A stretch of DNA of 64,000 bases, taken from positions 5,890,001 through 5,954,000 of the forward strand of contig CM022665.1 of NCBI GenBank assembly GCA_012295275.1, in the 5' to 3' direction. Position 1 is the first letter of the stretch. Every line of letters begins with the position of its first letter. The position numbers and the translations under genes were made by a program. This DNA is from Chrysomallon squamiferum. Taxonomy: Eukaryota > Animalia > Mollusca. This document shows, piece after piece, positions 41,479-53,926 of this stretch. The notes beneath the pieces were generated by a model, which worked only from the letters and a program-made list of their open reading frames with translations, was not told the origin of the DNA and did no database searches.

Positions 41479-42680
41479 AGGATGAAATGTATCACACAAA
41501 AAAATGAACCAAAATAATTGTTTTGTTCTATATCTTGGAAATCTGACTATCAAATCAGGAACTGTTATTATGATAATCTCATAATAATTATGTTAACTAT
41601 ATTAATTTTGTTTTTCAATATACAAACGTAAGAACACATTCACAATAAAATTCTTATGATGCAACACTTATGAATTAATATGGCTTAAAGTTAAATATAA
41701 ATTATTTCAAATAATACATTGTATTTAATAAAACAAAGTAAAGCTTAACTTTAAAAGAAAAATAATTATTTAAACAATTTGGAATATTTCTGAAAGAACA
41801 CATTATTTCAAAATACAAGAGGGAAATAATTAAGGTATGGAAATTCTGAAAAACATCACACACGTACATACCAATATATAGACATAAATACAGATATATA
41901 TACACATACATTTTATATATATATATATTGTAAAATTAAATTTGAGAACTGTTTTAAAAAAAAAAAAAAAGGATGAAATATATCACAAAAAAATGAATAA
42001 AAATAATTATTTTGTTCTATATCTTGGAAATCTATCAGATCAGGAACTGTTATTATGATAATCTCAAATATGAATGAGTGGGGACTAATGCATCTTTCCA
42101 CAGACAGCAACGAATAAAATAATATCAGTTTTTGTAATAATGTTCATATGAGATGTGTATATAAAAATAGATAAAAATCTGGCATTATCGATGTGATAAT
42201 TTTAACTTTTTGCATATTTCCCTTCAACATAAAATGTAATAGTATAAATTAACATACATATATGTGTATATATGTAATAATTATGTTAACTATATTAATT
42301 TTGTTTTTCAATATATAAATGTAAGAACAAATTCACAATAAAATTCTTATGATGTAACATTGATGAATTAATATGGCTTAAAGTTAAACATAAATTATTT
42401 CAAATAATACATTGTATTTAATAAAACAAAATAAAGCTTAACTTTAAAAGAAAAATAATTATTTAAACAATTTGGAATGTTTCTGAAACAACACATTATT
42501 TCAAAAAACCAAGTGTTGTACAATTAAGATATGGAAATTCTGTAAAAAACACACACACACACACACATAGAGACATAAATACGGACATGTATATATATAT
42601 ATATATATACATGTATAGACATGAATACAGATATACATATATATACTGTAAAAATAAATTTGAGAACTGTTTTAAAAAAA
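41479..42680. repeat. Local tandem duplication: copy 1 ~41479-41960, copy 2 ~41971-42680; copy 2 carries an extra ~210 bp (~42066-42273)
   Basis: Shared blocks ggatgaaat.tatcac...ttctatatcttggaaatct...caggaactgttattatgataatctc and taattatgttaactatattaattttg...aaatttgagaactgttttaaaaaaa. Confidence 0.9.
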
Positions 42681-43555
42681 TAAATGTTTATTATTAACTA
42701 AATTAATTATAGTCTCATTGCTTGTTTTACTTCAGTTATCACATTTGCTTTAAACTCTGCTTAATATCATTACTACTTAACTTTACAAATAAAAATGGAA
42801 TAACAAATAAAAATGTGCATGCATAGTTTAACCATTAGGACAATACAATATTATATTCACATTTTAAAAATATAATTAAAGCATCAATTCTATTTTATAA
42901 GGCATATGTTACTAAAAACAGTGATAAGCACAAATATTATTTTAATAAACACTGAGATCTTATAATAAAATATTATCTATTATATTACCAATAATAAAAA
43001 GCTTTTTCTTATGCTAGTTTTTGGGGGTAATTTGACATAGTTAAAATGTTTTCAAACAGCTTTATTTTATTTTCGTTTTTATAAACCATTACTAAATGTT
43101 TTTCTTTCAAATAGACATAAATCTATTATCACCTTGGATTCTGGATAAGGGACTTGATATGCATTAGTTAGAATCCTCACTACTATAACATTTGATAACC
43201 ATTTCATTATTTATGAAAACCAGGTGATGTACAAAATATAATTTATCCTTTAATAAAAATTATTATTGTGTAATTTATGTTACGTGCCTGCATGGCAGTC
43301 TTTAAACAAATGAAAGTGATTCCAAAATAAATGCTGCTCTAAATAAATTAAGTATTGTATCACAGTTCATTAAATTAGTTTCAGAACAGAAGGTCAGACC
43401 ATATCGTGTAATCATATGTCTATTCTTAACTGCAGAGTTAAAGCATATTAATTATTACTGCATTATGAAAATATTTTCTATGACTAAAGAACTGAAAAGT
43501 ACCCTGACATAAACCCTGTTGCTGTTTTAATCTCACGAGGAAAGATACTCACTAC

Positions 43556-45615
43556 TTATGATGGATAACATTTTTTCAGAAAAGAGAGACATTCTGAGTA
43601 AACCATCAGTGTGACACCATTGACAGGAAAAGCACGAGCACTAACTACAAGTCCCCCTCGAAAAAACAATTTTAGCCCACCTTCATTGTAGCTCTTTACA
43701 GCACAGTCCATAAATCCTTTGTACAGTTTTTTTTCACTGTCACCTTGTATTCGACTCTTGATTACATCCAGAGGAAGAATAAGCTGCCAGCTCAGAACCC
43801 CAGCAATGCCTCCAGCAAAGAAATTAACAAGCGGACAGGGTAAGGTTTTATAATATTTGTGACCCTTCAGAACTGAGAAACTCATAACCTACCATGTACA
43901 CAGAACTTGAAGGAATATCCCGGAAAAACTGAGTGCCAAACCCTCTGAAGAGTCCACGAGGACCATTTAACCTGACAATATCTACTGCAGCTTCTACTGG
44001 TCCACTGTAGTATTTCTGATTCAATGTGTATAAACCTGATTTGCAAAAACAAAAACCAAAACAATAATAATAATAATAATAAAAATAACAAAATCAGAAA
44101 AATTTGATTCTTATAATTTTATGATCCATGTTCATATTTAAAAATAAAACTGGGAACAGTCATTAGTAACAATACCTTAATATTAGATATATATAGTTGA
44201 CGTTTGGTACCTGTAAAATGAAAACAATTATTGACATACCTTTGCTTGGTATCTGGTGTGGAATCTGTGACTGCAGGACAACTTTAATTACCTCCACAGG
44301 ACAAGCAATGAAGACCTGGGCCACCCCTGCCAAACACCCAGCTGCTGCTACTTGAAGATACCATTTAAAAGAATGTTTTTTAACCTGCTGCATCTGTTTC
44401 ATTGCAGACAAAGAAGCTCCATATACACCGAAATATACTGAGTTGATTAGTCCATACGACATCAGTGGCCATGACAGACCTCGAAAAAATCCCCTTTTCT
44501 GAAATATGATAATAATGTTACTCAGCTTGAAACCTTTTGTCTTCATCTCAGTTACTTACACTGTTGTTATATTAAAAAAAAAAAAAAAAAAAACATTATT
44601 GGAGATTAAATAGTTTTATACAAATAAATATTTTAAAGTGAATATATATCTTTTCATAAGTGAATTAAAAATAAAATAAAATTTATGATCAAATTGTATT
44701 ATAAAAAGATATATAATGTGATAAGCATACAGCCTGAATTTTATAAATTATTTATTAACCATCCAAAACTGACTGCAAATTAGACTGAAAAAACTATAAC
44801 ATTATAATATAAAATCAAACAATTAATATTTCAAATACTCACAATTCCCTGATGATGGATATTTGAAACACAATCCCATAGCTGCTTATACTGATTGCCT
44901 GGAACTTGAGTCTGCAGCTGGACCTAGTAATATACAAAAATTATTAATATTGATAATATTTATAATAAATTTATATTTTAATAAAATTAGTAACAAAAAT
45001 GGAAAAGTTAATGATAGGCTCAATAAATCTCAAGAAAATTTTCTGAATCAAAATTTAATATTTATTTATGACCAAACAAAAATGCAGAAAATACCTATTA
45101 CACTGATAAATCTGTTGACAGTACCAGTCATACTTATTACAAAAAAATTATATAGTCTGACACAAAAACCTGTCTATTCTAGATTTTTATTATCACTAAT
45201 AATAAATTGAATAAGATCAGAAAGAATTCTTACTTTCACAGTATCAAATGGATGTCCAACAACAATACCTGTGCAACCTACTCGAACAAAATACAATAGA
45301 GAAATACTGAACATTAATTACAATGATGTTGACTGCTTTAGCAGTAATATTTAATTAAAAGAAAATTAATGACTCATTCATATGATCACATCATATCTTG
45401 AAGAAGAATATTTTTCTATTTCTAAATCTAAGTTTCAATTAAAGCATATCTTGAAGTTTGTATGAAAATGAATTCTTAAAAAGGATGAAATTGGAATATG
45501 CTCCAGAGGTAGGTATTTATTTAGCACTGAGTCACTTTTGTAAATTAGTGTCCAAATGTTACAAACCTGCAACTGCCCCAGCCAGGTAATCATGTATTGA
45601 ATTATTGGCTACCAT
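43556..45615 (-). CDS. SLC25A45: Mitochondrial carrier, SLC25A45/47/48-like, exons 45615-45567, 45277-45234, 44923-44843, 44498-44240, 44035-43556; the last exon has a 1-nt frameshift as assembled
   Basis: Three carrier repeats: [39 protein letters not shown]...GPRGLFRG...RDIP; LPLDVIKSRIQ...FFRG...RAFPVNGVT. The subfamily call is from recall of SLC25A45. The frame breaks near 43863. Confidence 0.8.
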
Positions 45616-45811
45616 TATCAGCCCAAAGGCCTTTGTCTCAGTGATTCCTCCTGCATGTCACCTGAAAACAATAATTAAACCTTTCATATACTATCTAAAG
45701 AAATGTCTGTCAGTATAAGATTGTTATTTTACTGGACTTGACTGTTAACAATGATAGACCAACACATTATATTAAATAAATAAAACAATAATGTGGAAAT
45801 CTGCATTTAAA

Positions 45812-45842
<31 letters not shown>

Positions 45843-46532
45843 CATACATTTGTATAAATCAAAAAAGAAGCTTTAAAGGTGAATTCAGTGGAAGAGATAA
45901 AGCAATGGTTGCCAGGCAAAACATTAGTTTACACTTTTTCAGAAATAATAAATTTATTCTGTAATTATTTATTTATTTATTTCAAAATTCTTTTTGCAAA
46001 AAAAAAAAAAAAAAATATTTATATTTATTTAAAAGTAAAAAATATAATAAACCGTAATTAGTTGTCAGTCAAAATGATTTTAACTTTTCTTCTCATTTCT
46101 GTGTTTTATTAAATATGAGGAAGTATCTAATTATTTAGTTTATTCCAGTTTTCTGATTGTCTTCTGCTAGTTTTTGTTAAAATTAGGCATGAAGTGATTT
46201 AACTAACTTTCCTCACAACTGAAACGCTCAAAGCGAATATCTTTTATAAAGGAAAGAAGGTAAAAAATGTTACACCATTACATCAAACCAGAATTGTCAT
46301 GCATGGAGACTTCAATGAAATGCAATGAATAATTTTAATAATTTACTATCAGGTTTATTCTTTTCCAATTATCTTCACTAAGGGGAATAACTACGTCATT
46401 TTAAAAAATGAAAATTTGAAGGAGATAACTCTAAATAACAGGAAGTGGAAATTGCTGGTAGTGATGGAAAGGGAAACGTATTTGTTGTAAATCTGTAGAC
46501 AGAATTGAATTTAGAATGGAAATATTGATAAA

Positions 46533-47850
46533 ATGACAACCATAAGGCCTTTCACCTGCGATGATCTCTTTAAATTTAATAATGTGTAGGATTCATCTAT
46601 TTTTATCGTGTATAATGTGTTGAAAATGTATACTATGTAATATAAATTGCGTATATTGTAATAATAGTTTAATACTAATAATAATTAATAGTACTATACA
46701 GTATACTTAATACTACAGTATAGAGATATCAGACAATAGAATATAGTATATATTATACTTATATACTACAGAGTATAGTAATGTACATAGTTTATATTAA
46801 TAAATATAATTTTATATATCTGATATCACAGATTCATACTGTGTGTGCGTGCGTGTTAGGTATGTGACAATTTTCCTGTAAAATTATATATCATCAGAAA
46901 GATTTAAATAATAACAATAATAATAAAAGCAGAATTAAACTGACACTAAGATATCTTTTATAGCACTTCCTTCAGAATCTATGGAGAAATAGTCATTTGG
47001 TGACATAAACACTGAAAATCTCAGATAGTTTCAAACCAGTACATATATATTATATATCATAATGAAGCTTTTGAAGATGAATTGTAATGTATTTTAAGCA
47101 TGTTGCTAACACCCAAGCATTGTAATTAATTAATTAATTGCACTAACTAGCTCAAATATACTTTATGCCTTAAGTATGTATTTCTCAAAAACTCCATAGA
47201 AATTATACCAGGATACAAAAAAAATCATTTTTCAAGACTGAGGAACTATAGAGAGCCCTTTACATTTTCAAGCATTTGCTAACATTTTTTTTTTTTTTTT
47301 TTTACCAATTAATAAATAAAATTAATCAGTGTTCATTTGCTTTATGCTAAGAACTGTCATAATCAACATCTTTATCAGAAAATACTATCTAAAACTGGAA
47401 TATTATATCACATAATAAATGAAACATTGAATTCTTCAGACATCAGCAGCAACAGCAATCACTGTGGTTGTGTCATTTGCTGATACACGTCTTGATACCC
47501 CAAATTAAGTACATGCTACGTCATATATTTTTGTAATAGATAAGGCAGACTATGACAAGTATGAGAGAAAGGCATAATCTGCAACTTGAATGTGACATAA
47601 GCTTACCTAAGTCACACAATGATCATTTTGAAACGGTAAATTTCTGTGTTGATCTTCTGTTTATCAAGAAACAAATATGAAGATGAATGTGTTACATATG
47701 GTATTGTTGTTTTGGAAAATATATAAAAATAGTTCAAAACAGAAACCAGAATGAAGAAACACTGCCCCCCCATTCAAGAAAAATGATTACATGTCACAAA
47801 AATCAAACAACCTTTTTGCTGCAGTGCAGAAATAGGTTTTGTCACATACC

Positions 47851-47883
<33 letters not shown>

Positions 47884-50800
47884 GTATTTTTTTTATCCTA
47901 ATAAAAATTGTGTCAATATAATTATTTACAAGGTTCATAGTTACTCTTGTTTAAATGCTGGTACATTTGTAAATTGTTTTGTTATTGCTTGTTAATAAGT
48001 ATTTCTGTTAACTTTTCTACACTCATAACATTTTCTTTCATTCATTAAAGACACAACATGAATCTTGTCAATTCATTAAATTTATTTGTTTTATGCTATG
48101 TTCAAGAAATTCAGATTCACACATCAGTAAGCACAAAGTGAAATAATTCAGTTGTTCTTCCTTTTCTTTTATTATTATAATTGGGTTGTTTTGGGTTTTT
48201 TATGTATGTGTATATATATATATTGTTTCATAATTAGATTGTGAATATCCTTCATTTACAGTAAAACAGTGATGTGAAATTTTTGAAATATTATCTTTTG
48301 TTTTTTGGTGGTATTTTTCAGGAATTTGGATCCACTCACTGAAACAGTATCCTTTTTGCTTTTTGTTACCATTTTTGTTGTTGCTGCTTAATTTAATTAT
48401 TATTTTTTTTATTTTTCTATTTTTTTTATTTTTTTCTAATTTTATTTTTAATCTGAGCTAATTCATTATTTTTTCAGTTGCATTCTGAAGGACATTTGTT
48501 AGAACAGTACTGTAAATAGAATTTGTGAAGAATATACAACATGAATCAATCATAACTTTATTAATTTTTAAATATTCATTTTATTTAAAAAAAAAATGTA
48601 TGTATGTATGTCTATATGTATATATAAATCAACAAACAAAAAGTAAAAAATCTTCAAAAACTAAATTATCACTAATATGTAATTTAAATGTTCTAGTAAT
48701 TTAAGAAACTTCTTTAACAAATGTCTAGTATGGCTTGCCCTTTTATATGCAGTATTTGGCTCACTGGCCAGAATACTTTCAGGTGGCTGAGTCACCCAGT
48801 GGTGAAGTTATGGGATACAGTAAGTAAAATATATTATAAATTATCTTCAAATATTTTCACTCATTGTTGTAGATTGCAATTATTATCAAATCACACTTCA
48901 CTAAGTTGAGCTGAATCATACTGACTGATATCAATCTGAAACAGTTTTGAATCAACAGAAATCGTTATTATGTTCTCTGACTCAAAAAATCAGTGGCAGT
49001 TTGTTTGTAAATGTTGTCAGAGTTACAATTAAATGCTGATTTTTTTTTTTTTTTTTTTTTTAACTAATAATTTAAATAATATCAGGTTGTCTTTTTCAAA
49101 ATCATTTACAATTATTTTATTGATATTATGAAAAAATAGTTTTCTGATTATTTTTTTTTTTTCAGTCATGGGCAAGTCAGAAGGTTCAGGTGAGGTATGG
49201 CATGGTCATGTGACTGCCCTGACAGTTGCTCCAGAATACAGACGTCTTGGACTTGCTGCCAAATTGATGAACATTTTAGAAGAAGTGTCAGAAAAGTAAG
49301 CACGTTTTAATTTGATAAAAATTCATTTTTAAAAGAAACAGAATAAAATACTTGACATCTTAGAGGCAACAAAACTGAAAAACTCTGTATTTTTTTTATT
49401 CTTAAATTTACTTATTTTATTATTATTTATTTATTTATCTGTTAATATTTTCTTTTTTTCTTAAACTTTTTTCCTTGTTTTCAGATTTAATAAAACTAAA
49501 AATTTCTCTTTTATTTAATTCTTAAATTTACTTTTTTATTATTATTTATTTATTTATTTATTCATCTTTTCTTTTCTTTTATTTTTTCCTTGTTTTGAAA
49601 TAAAATATCAACTGAATTTGAATTTTCAATTTACTCATTTTTCTGTATATACAAATATAGATAAAACATATTGCTGTGCATGAATTTAAAACTAAATTTG
49701 TAAAAACTACAACTACTCTTTTTGTTTGGACTGAAAAGTAATACAAATAAAACTAATTTATTTACACCTTTGATACACAAGTATTTCAATCCAAATGGCC
49801 CCATATACTCAGTAGAAAAAGCCTACACCAGAATAAGCCTATAAAGTATAACATTTAGAATCTCTGTGAAGTAGTCACAGAAAAATGACAGACAGCAGGC
49901 TGATAACATGAAATTTTAAACTAACAAAGTTTGCATTTTGTACATCCTTCATCTTGATCAGAATTTTGTTAAAAACTAATTAGCATTAATGAAATTAACT
50001 GATATTATTACACTGTAGACAATATAAATGAAATTTTTCTTATTAAATTTATAATCTATTTGAAGTAAAACAATAAAAAAAAGTAATTCACATTTCTTTG
50101 TAATAGGTTATTACTCACAGTTCCTTGGCATATAATTTTAAATGTGTCTTTTAAACAATTACTTAAAGAAATATTTCACATATTAACTATTTATAAATAG
50201 ATTCAAGTAGCATAAATCATAGAGATAAAAAACAAAAATTAATTACATGTAACATTGTGTACTCATATTTAAATTTTCAGAAAAAGATGTTACTTTGTGG
50301 ACTTGTTTGTGAGAGTTTCCAATCAGGTTGCCGTGACGATGTATGTGAAACTTGGTTACAGTGTCTACAGGCGTGTCCTAGAATACTACTCCGGAGAAGT
50401 TGATGAAGATGCTTTTGGTAAGAATTTCTTCTAGATTTAAATTGTGTAACTTGTTGTATACCAATAACAGACTCACCAGAATACCTAGCTGCCAACACCA
50501 TTCCTCTTTTAATATTATTTTGTAAATAGAAATTTGAAAAAAGAAGTAAAAATATCATAATATTTGCAGTGATTTATTTAGTCTTCACATTATTATTTTT
50601 ATTTTTTACAAACACTTTTTTATATTTGTATATACAGAAAAATGAGTAAATTGAAAATTCAAATTCAGTTGATATTTTATTTCAAAACAAGGAAAAAATA
50701 AAAGAAAAGAAAAGATGAATAAATAAATAAATAAATAATAATAAAAAAGTAAATTTAAGAATTAAATAAAAGAGAAATTTTTAGTTTTATTAAATCTGAA

Positions 50801-52762
50801 AACAAGGAAAAAAGTTTAAGAAAAAAAGAAAATATTAACAGATAAATAAATAAATAATAATAAAATAAGTAAATTTTTTTATATTTACATATGTATGTAT
50901 GTGTGTATGTATGTATGTAGATAGGTTGTTAAGTAGGTAGGTATGTACATATGTAGTACATATTTTTGCTGGATTCATTTTTAACTGTCATCTGGTTATC
51001 CGTGAGGCCTGTTTTGCTGTGATATTGAAATAGGTAGCCTGTTGTACCACCTTTGAAAATTGCAATATCCTTAATCTGCTTCAAATTTGAGCATTGGTGA
51101 GCTTTTATTTCCATTCTTTAGTATATCACATGGCTGAAACAATACATGTGGTTTTTGTATTTTCATGTTTAGTACCCGTTTAAATGTTAACTGTTCCTAC
51201 GGTAACAGCATATTAACATAGTCATCATCATAGAAAAAGTGTAGATTATTCAGCACCAGATTAGAAAATACTAAATCATTAACTTGAAACTATAAAAAGT
51301 AAAAAAATGTAAAAACATTACTTGAAACTGTTGTCCTGGTCTGAAGCAATGTTAAATGTGACTTTAATGACAGGTTCAGTTATTAATTGGCATAGTTAAA
51401 AAAGTTTAAGAAAGTAATCATTAAAACAAAAATTTAATTTAAAATTTAAAAATTTAAAAATAACAAATATTTTACATTGTTAAGACTAAAAACAAAAAAC
51501 AAAAAGCTTGTACTACTTTCTCTAAGCAAACTGATTTTTCCATTTTGTTTGTTTTTTCATGTTCTAAAATGTGCTAAAAAAAATCATAATTATTTATTCT
51601 TTTGGCCATTGTATAGTAATTATTTTATATGATTACAAGAAATTTTCAATTCTGGTTTATCCAAAAGACAAAGATAAAAATGTTTATTATTTCAGGTGTT
51701 GTAGATAGTAACCCACCATAAATCTCTAAACTGAAACACTTTTTAAAAAAAAAAAAAAAAAAAAAAAATCCATTACAGTGTCTATACCCAGAATGCACTT
51801 ATTGACCATGTTTGCAGTTATTCACTGCGACATAACCTTTTACATTTTCTTTCTAGGTAAATGTCTGGTCACATTACTTTTACTGTTTTTGCATGCACTT
51901 TACAAATATTTTTTTATAGTTGTATTTCATAAATCTATTTTCTCTGTAAAAGCCCCATATTCATCTAATTTGATAAGATAACATCACAGCACTTTAGCCC
52001 ATAGACTGTATTATGAACTGATTGTAGCAAACTGACAGTGTTATTTCAAAAAACAATAATTTCATGATAAACAAATACTTTTTTTTTTTTTCTTTTTTTT
52101 TTTTCTCAGTGAGCAATTCACCAACATGTCTGTTATTTAATCTTAACAATGAATCTGCTTTTTATTTATATTTAACTTTTTTCTTAATTATTATAAAGGT
52201 GGAGGGGGCATTTTTTTTTTTTTTTTTTTTATTATTATTATTATTGTTCTTTCTCTCTTTACTTTTTTTGACTTTTTTTTATTTATTTATTTATTTATAT
52301 ATATTTTTTTTAAATGCCAGCCTTATAGACAGTATTACTGCAGCAGTTCAAGACCAAAATGGTTTGATTTCTTTCTTTTTTTTTGATTTTTTTTTTTTTG
52401 TCTATAGCCTCAGTATTGTCTTTCACATGGTGTATTAAATAAACAAAGTTACACTATCTGTTGTATCTCATTTTCATCACTGATAATATTTGAAAAGAAC
52501 TTGTCCATTTCAAATGATTCTGCCTGTTCAGTATAATTTTGTTTACAGCTGTGTGTCTGTCTGTCTGTCTGTCTGTCTGTCTTTGTGCTCATAGATTAAA
52601 ATACCAGTAATTACACATGTTTATTGAAAAAAAAAAAAAAAAAAAAAGTAATTATTTATTTAAACTTTTTTGACAGACATGAGAAAAGCACTGTCCCGTG
52701 ACGTTGAAAAGAAGTCGATCATTCCGCTGCCCCACCCAGTACGACCGGAGGAGTTGGACTGA
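46533..52762 (+). CDS. NAA20: N-alpha-acetyltransferase 20 (NatB catalytic subunit), exons 46533-46585, 48322-48346, 48729-48819, 49166-49295, 50281-50417, 52677-52762
   Basis: MTTIRPFTCDDLFKFNNVNLDPLTETYGLPFYMQYLAHWPEYF...MGYIMGKSEG...WHGHVTALTVAPEYRRLGLAAKLM...FVDLFVRVSNQVAV...LGYSVYRRVLEYYSG...DEDAFDMRKALSRDVEKKSIIPLPHPVRPEELD*. Confidence 0.98.
46857..47852. mobile_element. Complete ~1 kb non-autonomous DNA transposon in NAA20 intron 1
   Basis: Perfect 14-bp terminal inverted repeats TAGGTATGTGACAA (46857-46870) / TTGTCACATACCTA (47839-47852); second diverged copy at 5470-6462; no transposase ORF. Confidence 0.8.
48347..48728 (+). other. U12-type (minor spliceosome) GT-AG intron, NAA20 intron 2
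   Basis: 5' splice site GTATCCTTTT; branch sequence TTCTTTAAC (48710-48718) 10 nt before the 3' end; no polypyrimidine tract. Confidence 0.9.
49404..50876. repeat. 256-bp inverted repeat (49404-49659 / 50621-50876) flanking NAA20 exon 5
   Basis: By eye the arms are exact reverse complements, including non-simple sequence such as gaaataaaatatcaactgaatttgaattttcaatttactcatttttctgtatatacaaatata. Confidence 0.93.
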
Positions 52763-53893
52763 CCTTGACTCCGGTGAATCAGCGTAGCGAACTTCTGTGT
52801 CAGTCTCTCATATTTGTAGCTGCTCTCCTTACTGCCATTTTCACTCTAGTGATTGTCGAACTGTCTGTTCGTCAGTCCAGGGAGTTTCCATCTCTCGATC
52901 GAGATCTGTAACCACATGCATATCAACCTCACTTGGAACTGTTGTTTTTTTGGTGTTTTTTTTATAAAGATATCTTTACCGAAAAAAAAACTGATTCAAC
53001 AAAATATTTCTATATATTTATTTAGTAGAGTTTTTATTTTTATTTTTTTGTGAAAGAAAAAGAAATGTAACATTAACCTAGAGAAATTCTTGCTAAAATA
53101 TTTATTTTCTTTGTAGATATATCTAATTATAAATACATTTCATCCAAGTGAAATGAATTAATAGTCAATTTCTTTTTTTCATTTCTTTTTTTTTTTTTTT
53201 TTCCATTTTTTAATACTGTTTTTCTGAAGAATTTACATTACTTGATAAGGTTTTGTTTATATTGTTATCATAAACATATTTGTATCTTTTTCACTCTCTT
53301 GGTCTCGTTATGTAATATTTTTAAAAATATATTATCATAAGATTAATAATCTGTATTGTATTTCAAGCTAATAGTATTTATTTCAGAAAATAACTGAAAC
53401 AATTTAAAAATGCTGTACAACGATACTGAAACAAATGAAATCATTCTGTGTTTATCAAAAAAAAACTCGTGAGGGAAGCAACAGCTCTTGTTCTTAAAAA
53501 TGAAATTTCTGACCTGCCCAAAGGGTTTTCAGGGAACGACCAATTTAATTAAGAAATAATAAGTTTATTTTAAGTGTCTACTCAAGTGGAAAGTCGTTTT
53601 ATATTTTGATAAGTGCCCATCTCAGACACATTGATCATTGATTGTCTGAGGCTAACAAGGCAGCTGTGTTTGGCTAAGCTACAGACCACAGAGAAAGAGT
53701 AGTCTCAACAGAAAATTGTGTTTGTTGTGATGAACACCCTGCAGCCACACTTACCAGCTAACGACTTCTCCAGCCCATGTTTCCATACTGTCTATTCATT
53801 AGACTGCATATCGCGTCTGCTAATGAGGCAATCGGCATCTCCTGCACACAGAATGATTTCATTTGCTCTATCTTTCCCACAGATTTACTTTAA

Positions 53894-53926
<33 letters not shown>

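Noticed and set aside
43870-43893. 16- or 20-nt GT-AG micro-intron as a fix for the SLC25 frameshift
   Set aside because: Far below other intron sizes here; the 20-nt version creates a stop and the 16-nt version deletes the conserved YE residues.
52760-52768. Stop-codon readthrough at NAA20 TGA-C followed by a stem
   Set aside because: A second in-frame TGA follows after one codon.
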